From Mobula hypostoma (taxonomy: Eukaryota), in the NCBI RefSeq assembly GCF_963921235.1, contig NC_086108.1, forward strand, positions 40,798,001 to 40,862,000: a DNA stretch of 64,000 nt. Reading direction: 5' to 3'. The stretch's first letter is position 1. Each line of letters starts with the position of its first letter. The translations under genes were made by a program, and so were the position numbers. This document shows, in pieces, positions 11,825-22,979 of the stretch. The notes under the pieces were generated by a model. It saw only the letters and a program-made list of their open reading frames with translations, was not told the origin of the DNA and ran no database searches.

Positions 11825-12140
11825 CAAGAGCTGGTTAAAATCATGAGAGGCATAGATACACACAGTCTTTTTTCCCCTGGGATAGGGAATAAGAAAAATC
11901 TAAAGAGCATAGAGAGGGGGTAAGATTTAGAAGGGACTTGACAGCAGCTGCTTTGTGCTGAGGGTGATTCATATATAGAACGATCTACCAGAGGAAATGG
12001 TTGAGGAAGGTACAATTTAAATGTATAAAAGCACTTGGACCAGTACTTGGATACAAAAGGGTTGGAGGGTGTCCTGGTTGGTACAGATGTGTTGGGCTGA
12101 AGGGCCTTTGTCTGTGCTTATTACTCAATGACTATGACTC
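11825..12140 (+). mobile_element. CR1 3' fragment
   Basis: aaaatcatgagaggcatagata start; ends gggctgaagggcc stem-loop plus gactatgactc tail. Confidence 0.7.
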
Positions 12141-12329
12141 TAAGATCTCAAGACATCTGGCCAGCTGGCTGAGGGTGTAACTTCAAAGGAACATAGAGGG
12201 TGAGACCACAAGACAACACAGACAGAAATTTATTAATCAAGGCCAGTAGAACCATCATTGGATCCCATCAGTGTACACTGTCCTGCAACATATTGTAGAC
12301 CTCTCTATCACCAAGCTGACAGCAATTAC

Positions 12330-12670
12330 TATATAATATGATGAGAGGCATTGATTGTGTGGATAGTCAGAGGCTTTTTCCCAGGGCTGAAATGGCTAGC
12401 ACGAGAGGGCACAGTTTTATGGTGCTTGGAAGGAGGTACAGAGGAGATGCCAGGGGTAAGTTTTTTTATGCAGAGAGTGGTGAGTGCATGGAATGAGCTG
12501 CCAGCAACAGTGGTGGAGGCAGATACGATAGGGTCTTTTAAGAGACTCATGGAGATCAGAAAAATAGAGGGCTATGGTAACCCTAGGTAATTTCTAAGGT
12601 AAGGACATGTTCAGCACAGCTTTGTGGGCCGAAGGGCCTGTATTATGCTGTAGGTTTTCTATGTTTCTAA
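12330..12670 (+). mobile_element. CR1 3' fragment
   Basis: FFMQRVVSAWNELP motif; gggccgaagggcc stem-loop; (TTTCTATG) tail. Confidence 0.85.
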
Positions 12671-13089
12671 TTACTATCTGTATCAAATTGCAACACAGGC
12701 TTTATGTGTTCTCACATACAAAACAGTCCCTAAAGCATTTCCTCAAAGACTCACATCCCCATCCCACAGGCTGCTCAACCAGAACAGGCACGTGACATGG
12801 CCATTTTTCAAGACATTTTCCTTTCTTGTGTGGAGGCTGGCGTTTAGCACCCACCACCAACATCAGATGGCTAGGTGTGAAAGTGCAGCTACATCAATTC
12901 ACCACAATGAAAGACCTGAAGAGGCTAATATTGGAGCAGCTGCCCCAGGGTCCATAACCTGTTATAGCGCATGGACTAATAGGCTTCCTTCTCTCATCTG
13001 GTTTCCACTCCATCCACAACCTCTCCTAGGTTGCAAACTTTTTATTCCTTCTTCCTTACTGATTTAACTCCAGCTCATTTAACTGACTT

Positions 13090-13450
13090 TATAAAGCTTT
13101 ATAAAATCATGAGGCGCACAGATAAAAATGAATGGGCATAGTCTTTCTCTCAGGGTAGGAATGCAAATCTAGAGGGTAGGATTAATGTGTCAAAAGAAGT
13201 GTTTAAAAGGGATCTGAGGGACAATTCTTCACACAGAGTCTGATGAGTGTATGGAATGAGCTTCCAGGAGAACTGGAGAGGCAGGTTATGATTGCAACAT
13301 TTCAGAGATATTTAGACAGGTACATAGGAAAGATTTAGAGGGTTATGGGCCAAGTGTGAAGGAATGGGACTAGCTCAGGTAGAGAACTTGGTTGGCATTG
13401 GCTTGTTGGGCCGAAGGGCCTGTTTTCATGCTTTATGACTCTGACTCTAT
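13090..13450 (+). mobile_element. CR1 3' fragment
   Basis: Same 3' end pattern; gggccgaagggcc followed by a gactctgactctat tail. Confidence 0.75.
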
Positions 13451-13669
13451 GGTGGCAATGGAATAACAAAAGTGATGAAAGAGGCAGCCCACCCACCACT
13501 AGCTCTGATGTTAGCATGTTGTTTACTGCACTAAACTTGAGAGTCTGCAGTTACAAATTTTAGCCTCGCCCTTTGGGTGCCAGTTTTCCAAAAGATCAAG
13601 GTACAATGAGTTTGGTTGCAGAGGACTTGGATGAGGACTTCAGTAGGCAAAGTCAAAAAGGCTTCATGA

Positions 13670-14450
13670 TCAGATGAAATAAAACTGCTAAAAATACTCA
13701 GCAGGTCAGACAGAATCTGTGGATAAGAAAGCAGCGTTAATTTTTCAGGTTGATGACCTTTCATCAGAAGTTGCAGCGAAGGAGAAGAGGTGGTTTTTTT
13801 TTTGCTGACACTTGTTAATACCAAATTATTCATTTTCAGGACAAGTAAAGTGAAGGAGATGACTGAAAAGAGGGAGAGAAACAAAAAATAATGTTGGGTG
13901 TGCTGGCAATCTGAAATACCCAAATAATGCTGGAAATGCCCAACAGGACAGACAATACCTTTAGAGAGAGAAAAACAGAATCAATGTGATGAATGGATGG
14001 CCTTACATCAGTTCTGATACATACTGGAAATTCTGGCTGTCCAAGTTGTTCACTGAGTGCCACAGGATGTAATGTACATGGTCAGAAGGTGCAATACTTT
14101 CCCTTCAGCTGATGTTCAAAGTTCAAATTTTTTTTAAAGTTAAGGTCCATATACAGGCGCATCCCTGAGATTCATTTCCTTGTGGGCACAGTCAACATAT
14201 CTATAGAATAGTAACTGTACCAGGATCAATGAAAAGCTGCCCATCCAGGGCGTTCAGCCAGAGGGAATCATTTAAACAGTGCAAGTGGCTAAAGATAGAG
14301 AGGTTAGGGTGGGAATGGGATGGAGGATTAAAGTGACAGACAGCTAGAAACTCCATATCAACTTGCACTGTGAATTGAGATGTATAGCATTTGGTTTATT
14401 CAATATACAGGAGACCACATCAGGAACACTGAAAGTATTGCAGTAAGTTA
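13670..14450 (-). mobile_element. Old Penelope-like element (second family) with tandem pLTR remnants and a decayed GIY-YIG region
   Basis: Two pLTR-like units (13670-13770, 13890-14020); hammerhead core at 13737-13770; 14270-14450 resembles the GIY-YIG coding text at 31540-31700. Confidence 0.55.
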
Positions 14451-14829
14451 GGACATGCTGGTATCCATTTCCAGCCTTGCCATCTGATCCAGCATGCAAA
14501 TGAAGGCAGGATCCATTTCAACTTAACAATACAGAGTCTGATGGCCAAGGCAGCATAGGCAGATCCAGCCAATATCTAAATACTGTAAACATTGTCAAAA
14601 CTGTTTGGTCTAAAGGCCTTTGAGATGTCACAATTTGTCCTCCAATGGAATAATCTGGTTGCTGACACAATGCCCCAAGGTAATAGTCACATCTCAGTGG
14701 AGGACGTAGCCGTTGCCTTTGCTGCTGTCACTCATGTGAAGGTCATGCAGTTCAGAGCTGGGCCTTCCTGAGGTGAAGCAGACTGCGGTGGTTCTTCATG
14801 TCACCTTCCAGAGCAAATCAACACCCTCT

Positions 14830-15400
14830 CATTAGCCTACCATTTGTTCCTTTATTTGCCCTGACCAGATGTTTTGGCTCCTTGGTCTTGCGTTCAGCTC
14901 TTCTGCCAAGTGAATATTGAGATGATGTGTGTAACGTAGAGTAACTTGACTGGGTTGTCGTATTTATTTGGTAAGACCAGAATCAATTATCACCCCTGGT
15001 TGCACTTATTTTTCAGTCGCTGCAGTCCTTGTGACAAAGGTCAGCAGTTGCTGCATCCTGGCTGGTGTTGTCCTTCATGTCTGTCTTGGATCTATATTCG
15101 TCCCAGCAACTGTATTCAATTATATTCCTGCTTTGTGCACTGTGGTGGTGACTTGGGAAATTGTGATCTAAGTCACTCATCATAGAATATGCAATGTCTG
15201 TTTGTTCTTGTGGTCACAGTATTCATGTGTCTGATCCAATTAATTTTCCAGTCAATGTTGACCCCAGGATATTGGTGGTAGACAAATCAATGATAATTAA
15301 TCCATTGTATGACAAAATGTAGTGATTCAACTCTAGAACGCTTATTGCCTGGAAATTGTGTGGAATAAATGTTATTTGCCCAGCTTATCAGCCCATTATT
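14830..15400 (-). mobile_element. Old CR1-group LINE fragment
   Basis: gtcaatgttgaccccaggatatt is shared with 4440-4930; aattgtgtggaataaatgttatttgcc. Confidence 0.5.
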
Positions 15401-15669
15401 TAACTATTCTTCATTAAGCAAGGAGTTTAAAATTGAATACTGAGAACCATATGAGTTTTTAATGAGTGCTGGTGTGTTATTGATATGAAATTACTTAATT
15501 CTAAATTTATTAAATAACCAAATTTAAACTTGCCAATCCTCACTGGATGGTTCATACAGGTCTCTTTATTACTGGACCTTAAACAAAGTTATTCTGTTGC
15601 TTAATTCTTATCAATAACCGGCTATATGGCCAATAGCTAAACTTAAATAATTGAGAAGAAGCCTGTGAG

Positions 15670-16190
15670 TTGAAGTCAGAGTCAGAGAGTTATAGAGCAG
15701 TACAGCACTGAAACCGGCCCTTCAGCCCATCTAGTTCATGCCAAACTGTTATTCTTTTTTTTATCTTATTTAGTGATATAGTGTGGAGTAGGCCCTTTAA
15801 GTCCAATTTATGATCACCAATCTGCTACTTGAGCCACACTGCCCCAGCAACCCCCGACAGACCCGATAATCCCTAACCTAATTCTTAGGAAAGTTAAAGG
15901 TCGGAAGGTACGGTAGATAAGTCACCCGGCCCGGAGTTCTGAAAGAAATAACTGAAGAGATTGAGGAAATATTAGTAGTGATCTTCCAAGAATTACAAGA
16001 CAATAGGAGGGATAGATGTTCTTTCCTCAGATTTTCAGGAGGCTTTTGACAAGGTGCTGCACATGAAGCTTCCCATGGTATCACAAAAACATACTAGGAT
16101 ATACAATAGATTAACTGACTGGCAGGAGGTTGGCTACCAGTGACTAGTGGTATTTTGCAGGGGTTGGTTTTGGTACTGTTACTTTTCATG
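15670..16190. mobile_element. Cluster of SINE and CR1 fragments (SINE tail on minus, CR1 RT pieces on plus)
   Basis: agcactgaaaccggcccttcagccc tails; DKSPGP..VLKEITEEI..LVVIFQE and DFQEAFDKV remnants. Confidence 0.55.
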
Positions 16191-16984
16191 CTATTAGTTT
16201 CCTAAACACTGTTTTCTATTGCTTTGGGTGGCAACTCTATTTAATGACCTTCTGATCTTTTCACCAATACCGAAATTTTCTTCCCTCCTTTTCTTCATCC
16301 ACCCATCACACAGTCGAGGAGACTTACATTCCAGAGGTTAGGCAGCCATCTTGCAGATAACATCCCAGGATTATGTTTAGTTCACTAACCTTAAATGATT
16401 GTGACAAGATTTCAATGATAAAATAGGTTGATAGTGATCATGAGGAGTATTACCATGTTTTTTTCACCTAGTTCTATTCTGAGGTTGCTTGTGATGTTCT
16501 CCCAAAACAGTTTCTTTTTAAATCCCTAAACATGTCTGGACCACAATGGGAAATTCTTCAGTGCTTTCACTTCAAACTGCAACTGTTGGCAGTGACAATT
16601 TAACAAAGAATGCAAAATCGCGACACAACCAACAAGCTTGCAGGGTGCTTAACCATGTAGTCATGCTCAGACTGCTTGGTGGGATGGCCAGTTGCCAATG
16701 TACTTCTCGGTCACCAATAACACTAACTTCTATTTTAGGTACGGAGCAGCACCTATGCAGAGCAAGCCAACTGAGTAAATCCGCCTTCTACATCTGTCAG
16801 TCATCATGTGCATGTTATTCTGAATGTGGAAGATTATCCAGCAAGGGACACTAATGAAGTTAAAATTCTTCCTGAAGCTTGGCAGAGCATCATCCTAAAC
16901 ATTGTTCTTTCTTTTTACTTGGATGGTTCACACATTGCTATATGAAAGAAGATAGCTTACGATGTAGATTGTCTTTCTGTGACT

Positions 16985-17425
16985 GTACAGGACCCTGACC
17001 TACACTACTGAAATTAATTATGGTTTCCTTAATTGAGGAGGAATATACTTGCATTAGTCCAGAAGCTTCGGTGTGTTAATTCCTGTGATAGATACAAAAT
17101 TATGAGCGGTATGATAGGGTAAATGACAATGGGCTATTTTCCATTGATGTTAGGAGAGATTAGAACTGGAGATCGTAGGTTAAGGGTGAAAGGTGAAATG
17201 GGGAGCTTCTTCAATCAGAGTGTGGTGTAAGGGTGGAACAAGCTGCCTGCAGAGTGGAGGATGCGGGTTTGATTGCAATATACATGGTAAGAGAAGTTTA
17301 GATACGCACATGGATGGGAGGAGTTACGGAGGGCGATGACCCAGAGTGTATCAATGGGACTAGGCAGAGTATCAGCTCTCCATGGAAGGGCCGATTTTTG
17401 TGCTGCAGAGCTCTGTGGCTCACTG
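16985..17425 (+). mobile_element. CR1 3' fragment
   Basis: FFNQSVV..WNKLPA remnant and a gggccg..tgtgctg tail. Confidence 0.6.
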
Positions 17426-17468
17426 AAAGCAATATCCTGTAAGAAATAATTGTACAGATTGCACAATC

Positions 17469-17805
17469 ACTCTCCTTTTTCTCCCTCTGTCCCTCTGACT
17501 ATACCCCTTGCCCATCCTCTGGGTTGCCCCCCCCACCCCTTTTCCTTCTCCCTGGGCCTCCTGTCCCATGATCCTCTCGTATCCCCTTTGCCAATCACCT
17601 GTCCAGCTCTTGGCTCCATCCCTCCCCCTCCTGTCTTCTCCTATCATTTTGGATCTCCCCCTCCCCCTCCCACTTTCAAATCTCTTACTAACTCTTCCTT
17701 CAGTTAGTCCTGATGAAGGGTCTCGGCCTGAAACGTCGACTGTACCTCTTCCTAGAGATGCTGCCTGGCCTGCTGCGTTCACCAGCAACTTTGTTGTGTG
17801 TTGGA
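17469..17805 (+). mobile_element. Young Penelope-like element pLTR (solo)
   Basis: Near-identical to the reverse complement of 31066-31350; 11-bp TSD TGTACAGATTG at 17451-17461 and 17806-17816. Confidence 0.9.
17706..17741 (+). ncRNA. Minimal type I hammerhead ribozyme (intact core)
   Basis: AGTC-CTGATGA-AGGGTCTCGGCCT-GAAA-CG-TC/GACT: stem I AGTC:GACT, stem II AGG:CCT, predicted GUC cleavage after 17737. Confidence 0.85.
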
Positions 17806-18016
17806 TGTACAGATTGTGATTCTGTTTTATGGAGTTTAATTCAATGAAAAGGGTTCTACTGAAGTACAAACATTTTTTAGATGGTCTGATAAAAAAGATT
17901 CTTCATGGAGGAATCTAGAATATGGGATTTAGCTTCCAGAAAAAGGATCAATCATTCAATACTGAGATGAGGAGAAAATTCTTCTCTAAAAAGGTTGTGG
18001 GTGGAGAGTAATGAGG

Positions 18017-18248
18017 TGTGGTAAATCATATATATATGTTGTAACTGGGTTACCTGTCTGGACGAGCCCCTCTGCTGACTGCTCCTGTGGCTCCTCCCAC
18101 AGACCCCTGAATAAAGGCGATTGTGCCACTGCTCCTCCCTCAGTCCGGGACAGATACTCAGCATGGTCGCGGACTCATCTTACTGTTAATAAAAGCCTTT
18201 CAGTATTTACTCTACTTCCAGTCTTTTGGAGTAATTGATAGTGCATCA
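18017..18248 (+). repeat. 5' LTR (232 bp)
   Basis: TGTGG...CATCA; about 17 differences from the 3' LTR by manual alignment; AATAAA at 18188-18193. Confidence 0.95.
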
Positions 18249-18273
18249 ATTTTACTAACAGTAATTTTATAAC

Positions 18274-19834
18274 ATGGAACACGTCCTGAGACCCGACAAG
18301 CTAGACCTCGACCCGCAAACGCCTGAAACCAGAAACGCTTTTGAACTCTGGCTGTCCTGCTTCGAATCATACCGAGAGGAGATTGAAGTGACCAGATCCA
18401 CCGCGAAGTGCAGAGTTCTCCTCTCCAGGGTCAGTCAATGATTAGAGACCAGTCGAGTATGGTGGCGCGATGAGCACCCTAATAAGGCAATACCTGTGGT
18501 CGATAAACACCGTCTATGCGCGACATTGCTTAGCAACGCAGCAGCAGCGGCCTGGAGCGTCGAGTGCTGAGTTTGTCTGGGCCCTACAGACACTCATGCG
18601 GGCTTGCGATTGCTGGGGGCTGAGGGCTGAACAGCATGCGGAGCTCCCAGTAAGAGATGCCTTCGTCATGGGGACTAGGTCAGTGTATGTGCGCCAGCAG
18701 CTGCTGGAACACGCCAATCTTACCTTACGTTCGGTGATTGAGCTGACCGACATGCTGGAGGCCGCTCTGCACAACTCTGATGCTCCCCAGGCACGCGATC
18801 TCCCAGTGGCCTCGTGGACGCCGCAGACCCCGCAACCCACCGGTGAATCGAGAAGCACACCTGGAAACGCTGCCCAGCCCGAGAAGCTACCCGCTCCAGC
18901 TGCGGAAAGAAAGGCCACTTCACCAAGGCCTGTAAGTCCAAACCGCAAACAGGGTCGAGCAGCGCCGCCTGCGAGGCATGGGGGTCGCTATCTTGGCCGT
19001 CGCCATCTTGCCTGCACACCGCCACCATGTGCGAGACATGGGGGCGGCCACCTTGGTCAGCGCCACATCGCACCGCCTATGACCCATGGGTGCTCACGAG
19101 GCACCCCACCGCACCAGACCAAGACAGTGGCTCAACTCTGGCCTCCGTGACCCTCGACCAAAGCGCTCCCCACCAGCTCGCAAGGTCAATGATGGACATC
19201 CTGGTGGAGGGGCGCAGGGCAAGCTGTCTGTTTGACACAGGCAGCATGGAGAGTTATATCCACCCGGACATGGTGCAGCATTGCGGACTCGTGATACGGC
19301 CGGTAAGTCAGAGGGTCGCCATGGCTTCCGGGTCGCATGCAACAGACATCCGGGGGGGGGGGGGTGGATTGTGTAGCGACGCTAGTGGTGCAGGCCACAG
19401 AATATCGGGATTTTACATTTACTGGTCTTGTCTCAACTGTGTGCCCCTGTGCTATTGGGGCTTGACTTCCAGAGCCACCTGAAAAGTGTGACAATGAAGT
19501 ATGATGGGCCCCTCCCACCAATCACTGTCGTAAGTCCTCAGTTTTGTAGGAATACGTCACATACCCCGCTACTGACCACACACACACACCGACCCGCGCA
19601 TCCCACCCAACATCATGCCAACAGCCGCACTACGGACACCACTTGCGGCCTCTCCACCCTCAGGATCCCTCCCCCACCGCTGTTCGCCAACCTGACCCCC
19701 GACTGTAAACCTGTGACAACTAAAAGCAGGAGGTACAGCGTGGGGGACAGAGCTTTCATTAAGTCGGAGGTGCAGCGGCTGCTCAGGGAGGGGGTCATTG
19801 ACGCAAGCACAAGTCCTTAGAGGGCGCAGGTGAG
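18274..19834 (+). pseudogene. gag: Frameshifted gag, aspartic protease and RT N-terminus
   Basis: ATG 18274 MEHVLRPDKLDLDP..FELWLSCF; knuckle CPAREATRSSCGKKGHFTKAC (first Cys lost); protease CLFDTGS; poly-G frameshift near 19352; TAG at 19818-19820 where Trp is expected. Confidence 0.9.
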
Positions 19835-22333
19835 GTGGTGGTTGTTCGGAACGGGGAGAAGAATAGGATGGTTGTGGACTATAGCCAGACCATCAATAGG
19901 TTCACGCAGCTTGACGCGTACCCTCTACCCCGCATCGCGGACATGGTCAATCAGATAGCACAGTACAAGGTGTACTCGACCATAGACCTAAAATCCGCTT
20001 ACCATCAGCTCCCCATCTGCCGGGAGGACCACCCTTACACTGCCTTCGAGGCGGATGGCAGGCTTTATCAATTTCTGCACGTCCCCTTTGGTGTCACGAA
20101 TGGTGTGTCTGTCTTCCAGAGGGCGATGGACCGGATGGTGAACCAGTGCCAACTGAAGGCCACGTTCCCATACCTGGATAACATCACCATCTGCGGTCAC
20201 GACCAGCAGGATCACGACAACAACCTCCAAAAATTTCTCCAAGCAGCCAAAGCTTTCAATTTCACATATAACAAGGACAAGTGTGTATTTGGGACCACCC
20301 GACTTGCTATCCTTGGGTGTGTCGTGGAGAATGGAGTCATTGGCCCTGACCCCGACCGTATGCGCCCCCTGTTGGAACTCCCTCTTCCCAACACCCTCAG
20401 AGCTCTCAAAAGGTGCCTGGGCTTCTTTTCATATTACGCCCAATGGGTCTCTAACTATGCAGACAAGGCCCGCCCCCTGGTCAAGTCCACCACATTCCCC
20501 CTCTCTGCCGAGGCCCGCGCGACCTTCAACCACATAAAAGGGGACATTGCCAAAGCAGCAATGCATGCGGTGGATGAGGCCATTCCCTTCCAAGTAGAGA
20601 GTGACGCCTCCGACTTTGCGCTGGCTGCCACCCTCAACCAGGCGGGAAGACCGGTGGCGTTCTTCTCCCGTACCCTTCAAGGCCCTGAAATTCGGCACTC
20701 TGCGGTAGAGAAAGAGGCCCAGGCTATAGTGGAAGCTATTAGGCACTGGAGGCACTATCTCGCCAGCAAAAAGTTCACCCTGCTGACTGACCGGTGCTCA
20801 GTCGCATTCATGTTTAGTAACCAACAACGGGGCAAAATCAAAAATGATAAAATTCTGAAGTGGAGAATCGAACTCTCCACCTACAACTATGACATCATGT
20901 ACAGGCCTGGGAAGCTCAACGAGCCCTCCGATGCCCTATCCCGGGGAACATGCGCCAGCGCGCAGATCGACCAGCTATTTGCCCTACATGTAGACCTTTG
21001 CCACCCGGGAGTCACCCGGCTTTTCCACTTGATGAAAGCCCGGAACCTGCCTTACTCCCTTGAGGAAATCAGGATGATGACCAGGGACTGCCAAGTCTGC
21101 GCAGAGTGCAAACCGCACTTCTACCGACCCGAAAAGGCACCACTCATCAAGGCCACCCGCCCCTTTGAGCGACTGAGTGTCGACTTTAAGGACCCCCTTC
21201 CCTCCACCGGCTGCAATGTGTACTTTCTTAACATTATCGACAAGTACTCGCAGTTCCCCTTCGCCATCCCCTGCCCTGATACCACTACCACGTCAGTTAT
21301 AAAAGCCCTGCGCAAGCTCTTCACTCTGTTCGGATACCCATGCTATATCCACAGTGACAGAGGGTCCTCGTTTATGCCTGATGAGCTGCGCCAATACCTG
21401 CCGGCTAGGGGTATCGCAACTAGTAGGACCACGAGCTATAATCCCCAGGGGAATGGACAGGTAGAGAAGGAGAATGGCACGGTGTGGAAAGCCACACTCT
21501 TAGCCCTCAGGTCAAAGGGACTGCCAGTCTCTCGCTGGCAGGAAGTCCTTCCCGAGGCACTCCACTCCATCCGCTCCCTGTTATGCACAGCCACCAATGC
21601 CACCCCTCATGAGCGGCTCTTTTCTTTTCCCAGAAAGTTGACCACTGGGACGACCCTACCAACTTGGCTGACGTCCTCGGGGCCAGTGCTGCTCCGGAAA
21701 CATGTCAGGAGCAATAAATACTCCCTGATAGTCGAGAGGGTTCACTTACTGCATGCGAACCCCCAGTATGCCTATGTGGTCTTATCTGATGGGCGGGAGG
21801 ACATGGTCTCCATCCGCGAGCTGGCTCCCGCAGGAGCACCGGGCCCCTACCCTGAACACTCCATGGTGACTATTAACCCTGTACCCACTGGTATATATAC
21901 CCACGAGACACTGCGCACTCCAAGCCCTACACAGACACCACACGACACTCCCATACCGGGCGCGACGCACACGCATGAGGGATTACCGACGCCAGGCTGG
22001 AGCCAGCATAACCACTATCGCCGGTGCAATTACCACCGGTGCTACGTAGATCACAGCGACGGACTTGACCGCCTGATAGACTTGACCTGTAAATATACTT
22101 CTTGTAAATATTGTCAGTCACTTCACCCCATGGGTCTCTTTTTAAAAAGGAGGGGTGAATGTGGTAAACCATATATATATTTTGCAACTGGGTTACCTGT
22201 CTGGACGAGCCCCTCTGTTGACTGCCCCTGTGGCTCCTCCCAAGGACCCCTGAATAAAGACGATTGTGCCATTGCTCCTCCTCTCAGTCCGGGGCAGATA
22301 CTCAGCATGGTGGAGGTCACATTTTACTGTTAA
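19835..22333 (+). CDS. pol: Open pol segment: reverse transcriptase, RNase H, integrase (3' end reads through into the LTR, probably by frameshift)
   Basis: RMVVDYS, PFGVTNG, YLDN; RNase H ESDAS..EKEAQA..LLTD; HHCC HVDLCHPG..CQVC; integrase SVDF/HSDRG/GQVEKEN. Confidence 0.92.
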   Translation: MVVVRNGEKNRMVVDYSQTINRFTQLDAYPLPRIADMVNQIAQYKVYSTIDLKSAYHQLPICREDHPYTAFEADGRLYQFLHVPFGVTNGVSVFQRAMDRMVNQCQLKATFPYLDNITICGHDQQDHDNNLQKFLQAAKAFNFTYNKDKCVFGTTRLAILGCVVENGVIGPDPDRMRPLLELPLPNTLRALKRCLGFFSYYAQWVSNYADKARPLVKSTTFPLSAEARATFNHIKGDIAKAAMHAVDEAIPFQVESDASDFALAATLNQAGRPVAFFSRTLQGPEIRHSAVEKEAQAIVEAIRHWRHYLASKKFTLLTDRCSVAFMFSNQQRGKIKNDKILKWRIELSTYNYDIMYRPGKLNEPSDALSRGTCASAQIDQLFALHVDLCHPGVTRLFHLMKARNLPYSLEEIRMMTRDCQVCAECKPHFYRPEKAPLIKATRPFERLSVDFKDPLPSTGCNVYFLNIIDKYSQFPFAIPCPDTTTTSVIKALRKLFTLFGYPCYIHSDRGSSFMPDELRQYLPARGIATSRTTSYNPQGNGQVEKENGTVWKATLLALRSKGLPVSRWQEVLPEALHSIRSLLCTATNATPHERLFSFPRKLTTGTTLPTWLTSSGPVLLRKHVRSNKYSLIVERVHLLHANPQYAYVVLSDGREDMVSIRELAPAGAPGPYPEHSMVTINPVPTGIYTHETLRTPSPTQTPHDTPIPGATHTHEGLPTPGWSQHNHYRRCNYHRCYVDHSDGLDRLIDLTCKYTSCKYCQSLHPMGLFLKRRGECGKPYIYFATGLPVWTSPSVDCPCGSSQGPLNKDDCAIAPPLSPGQILSMVEVTFYC
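22144..22159 (+). other. Polypurine tract
   Basis: AAAAAGGAGGGGTGAA immediately before the 3' LTR. Confidence 0.9.
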
Positions 22334-22392
22334 TAAAAGCCTTTCCGTATTTACTCTACTTCCAGTCTTTTGGAGTAATTGATAGTGCATCA
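22160..22392 (+). repeat. 3' LTR (233 bp)
   Basis: Direct repeat of 18017-18248. Confidence 0.95.
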
Positions 22393-22576
22393 TGAGGTAC
22401 ACTCAAGTTCGAGACAGATGGACATTTGGGAATTGAAGGGCATGGGAACAGGTAGGAAAGTGGAGCTGTGACAAAGATCAGATCAGGAGCAATATGGTCT
22501 ACTTCTGTTCCTGTTCCTTATATTGTTGAAAACTGCAATATATGTGCACAGAAGGAAAAGCAGAGTTTTTTGCATA

Positions 22577-22975
22577 TAATACAGTGCAGAAGTCTTAAGC
22601 ACATGTAAAAAAATTCTGTAAAGCGAAGATGCTTTCAAAACTAATGAAATGAAAAGTTTCTAAATATCAAAAAAGCTACTATAAAGAGAAGTAAACAGTA
22701 AAAAACTAAATCAAATCAATATTTGCCTTTAAAACTGCATCAATTCTTTTAGGTACACAATCGTGCAGTTTCATAAGAAAATCGGCTGGTAGGTTGTTCC
22801 AGGCATCCTGGAGAACTTGCCACAGTTCTTCTGCAGACTTCGGCTGTCTCATTTGCTTTTGCCTCTCCAGGTAATCCCAGACAGCCGCAATGATGTTGAG
22901 ATCAGAGCTCTGTCGAAGCCATACCATCTGAAACCATAAAAAAATCTAGGGTGCCTAGACTTTTGCACAGTACTG
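22577..22975 (-). mobile_element. Non-autonomous Tc1 deletion derivative
   Basis: TA flanks; TIRs related to cagtactgtgcaaaagtct(t)aggcac; transposase C-terminal remnant WLRQSSDLNIIAAVWDYL (22706-22927). Confidence 0.85.
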
Positions 22976-22979
22976 TAGT

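Larger units (their letters stand above)
18017..22392 (+). mobile_element. Near full-length Ty3/Gypsy LTR retrotransposon (Mag-like gag knuckle)
   Basis: Two TG...CA LTRs, 5-bp TSD TGAGG (18012-18016, 22393-22397), polypurine tract, domain order PR-RT-RH-IN. Confidence 0.97.
17880..22520 (+). mobile_element. CR1 3' fragment split by the Gypsy insertion (17880-18016 and 22393-22520)
   Basis: gagatgaggagaaaattcttctct on the left continues as the CR1 tail (tggtctacttctgttcctgttcctta) on the right. Confidence 0.6.

Noticed and set aside
12905..12960. CTGAAGA hammerhead-like core
   Set aside because: No stem II followed by GAAA in the required position.
21850..22333. Extended C-terminus of pol as an env-like or extra domain
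   Set aside because: Low-complexity Thr/Pro spacer followed by read-through across the PPT and 3' LTR; best explained by a frameshift.
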